This document shows, piece by piece, positions 63,912 to 64,000 of a DNA stretch of 64,000 bases. Within the stretch, counting starts at the first letter, position 1. Each line of letters opens with the position of its first letter. The stretch is taken from IMG/VR virus record IMGVR_UViG_3300028571_002266, positions 96,001 to 160,000 of that record; one strand, 5' to 3'. A program made the position numbers and the translations under genes. The stretch comes from a virus. Under the pieces are notes generated by a model. The model was given only the letters and a program-made list of their open reading frames with translations. It was not told the DNA's origin and ran no database searches.

Positions 63912-64000
63912 GAACTGAAAAGTGCTATCGATGCTCCCATCCTCTTTGCGGAGGACAACAAGGGGGTTTGAAGGTTTGCTCTTGTTATCAAACAGCTTCT

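Noticed and set aside
1-64000. Bacterial chromosome or plasmid origin of the window
   Set aside because: Host-type genes lack their operon neighbours (infC without rpmI/rplT, clpX without clpP, groES without groEL) and sit among orphan and virion-type ORFs. No capsid or terminase gene is in the window, so the phage call remains an inference.

Overview
This is a gene-dense, AT-rich 64-kb segment that reads as part of a huge/jumbo tailed-phage genome in standard code 11, with no CRISPR array. It has short orphan ORFs, virion-type proteins, and many isolated host-type genes without their usual operon partners: rpsU, def, infC, groES, dnaJ, dut, phoH, cca, a sigma factor, csrA, clpX, mscL and one tRNA-Arg(UCU). 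A Planctomycetota host is suggested by family resemblance only. Main observations: (1) dnaE is fractured. A naturally split intein has a basic IntN ending at 230 and an acidic 44-aa IntC starting at 1281, with a free-standing PD-(D/E)xK endonuclease between them. A second cis intein starts with Thr and hides an out-of-frame Zn-finger ORF. (2) An unannotated, strictly co-oriented family of nine GAAA+hairpin elements shows G.U covariation. Most sit at or just after the +1 of sigma70-type promoters, and one is fused to a G-quadruplex repeat. (3) A T4-late-like TAAATA box lies 4-6 nt before the ATG of eight genes, implying leaderless late mRNAs, in a genome that encodes its own bS21 and IF3. (4) Six proteins, including the CCA-adding enzyme, have N-termini resembling a capsid-targeting sequence. 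All family assignments come from motif recognition by eye; no database searches were run.
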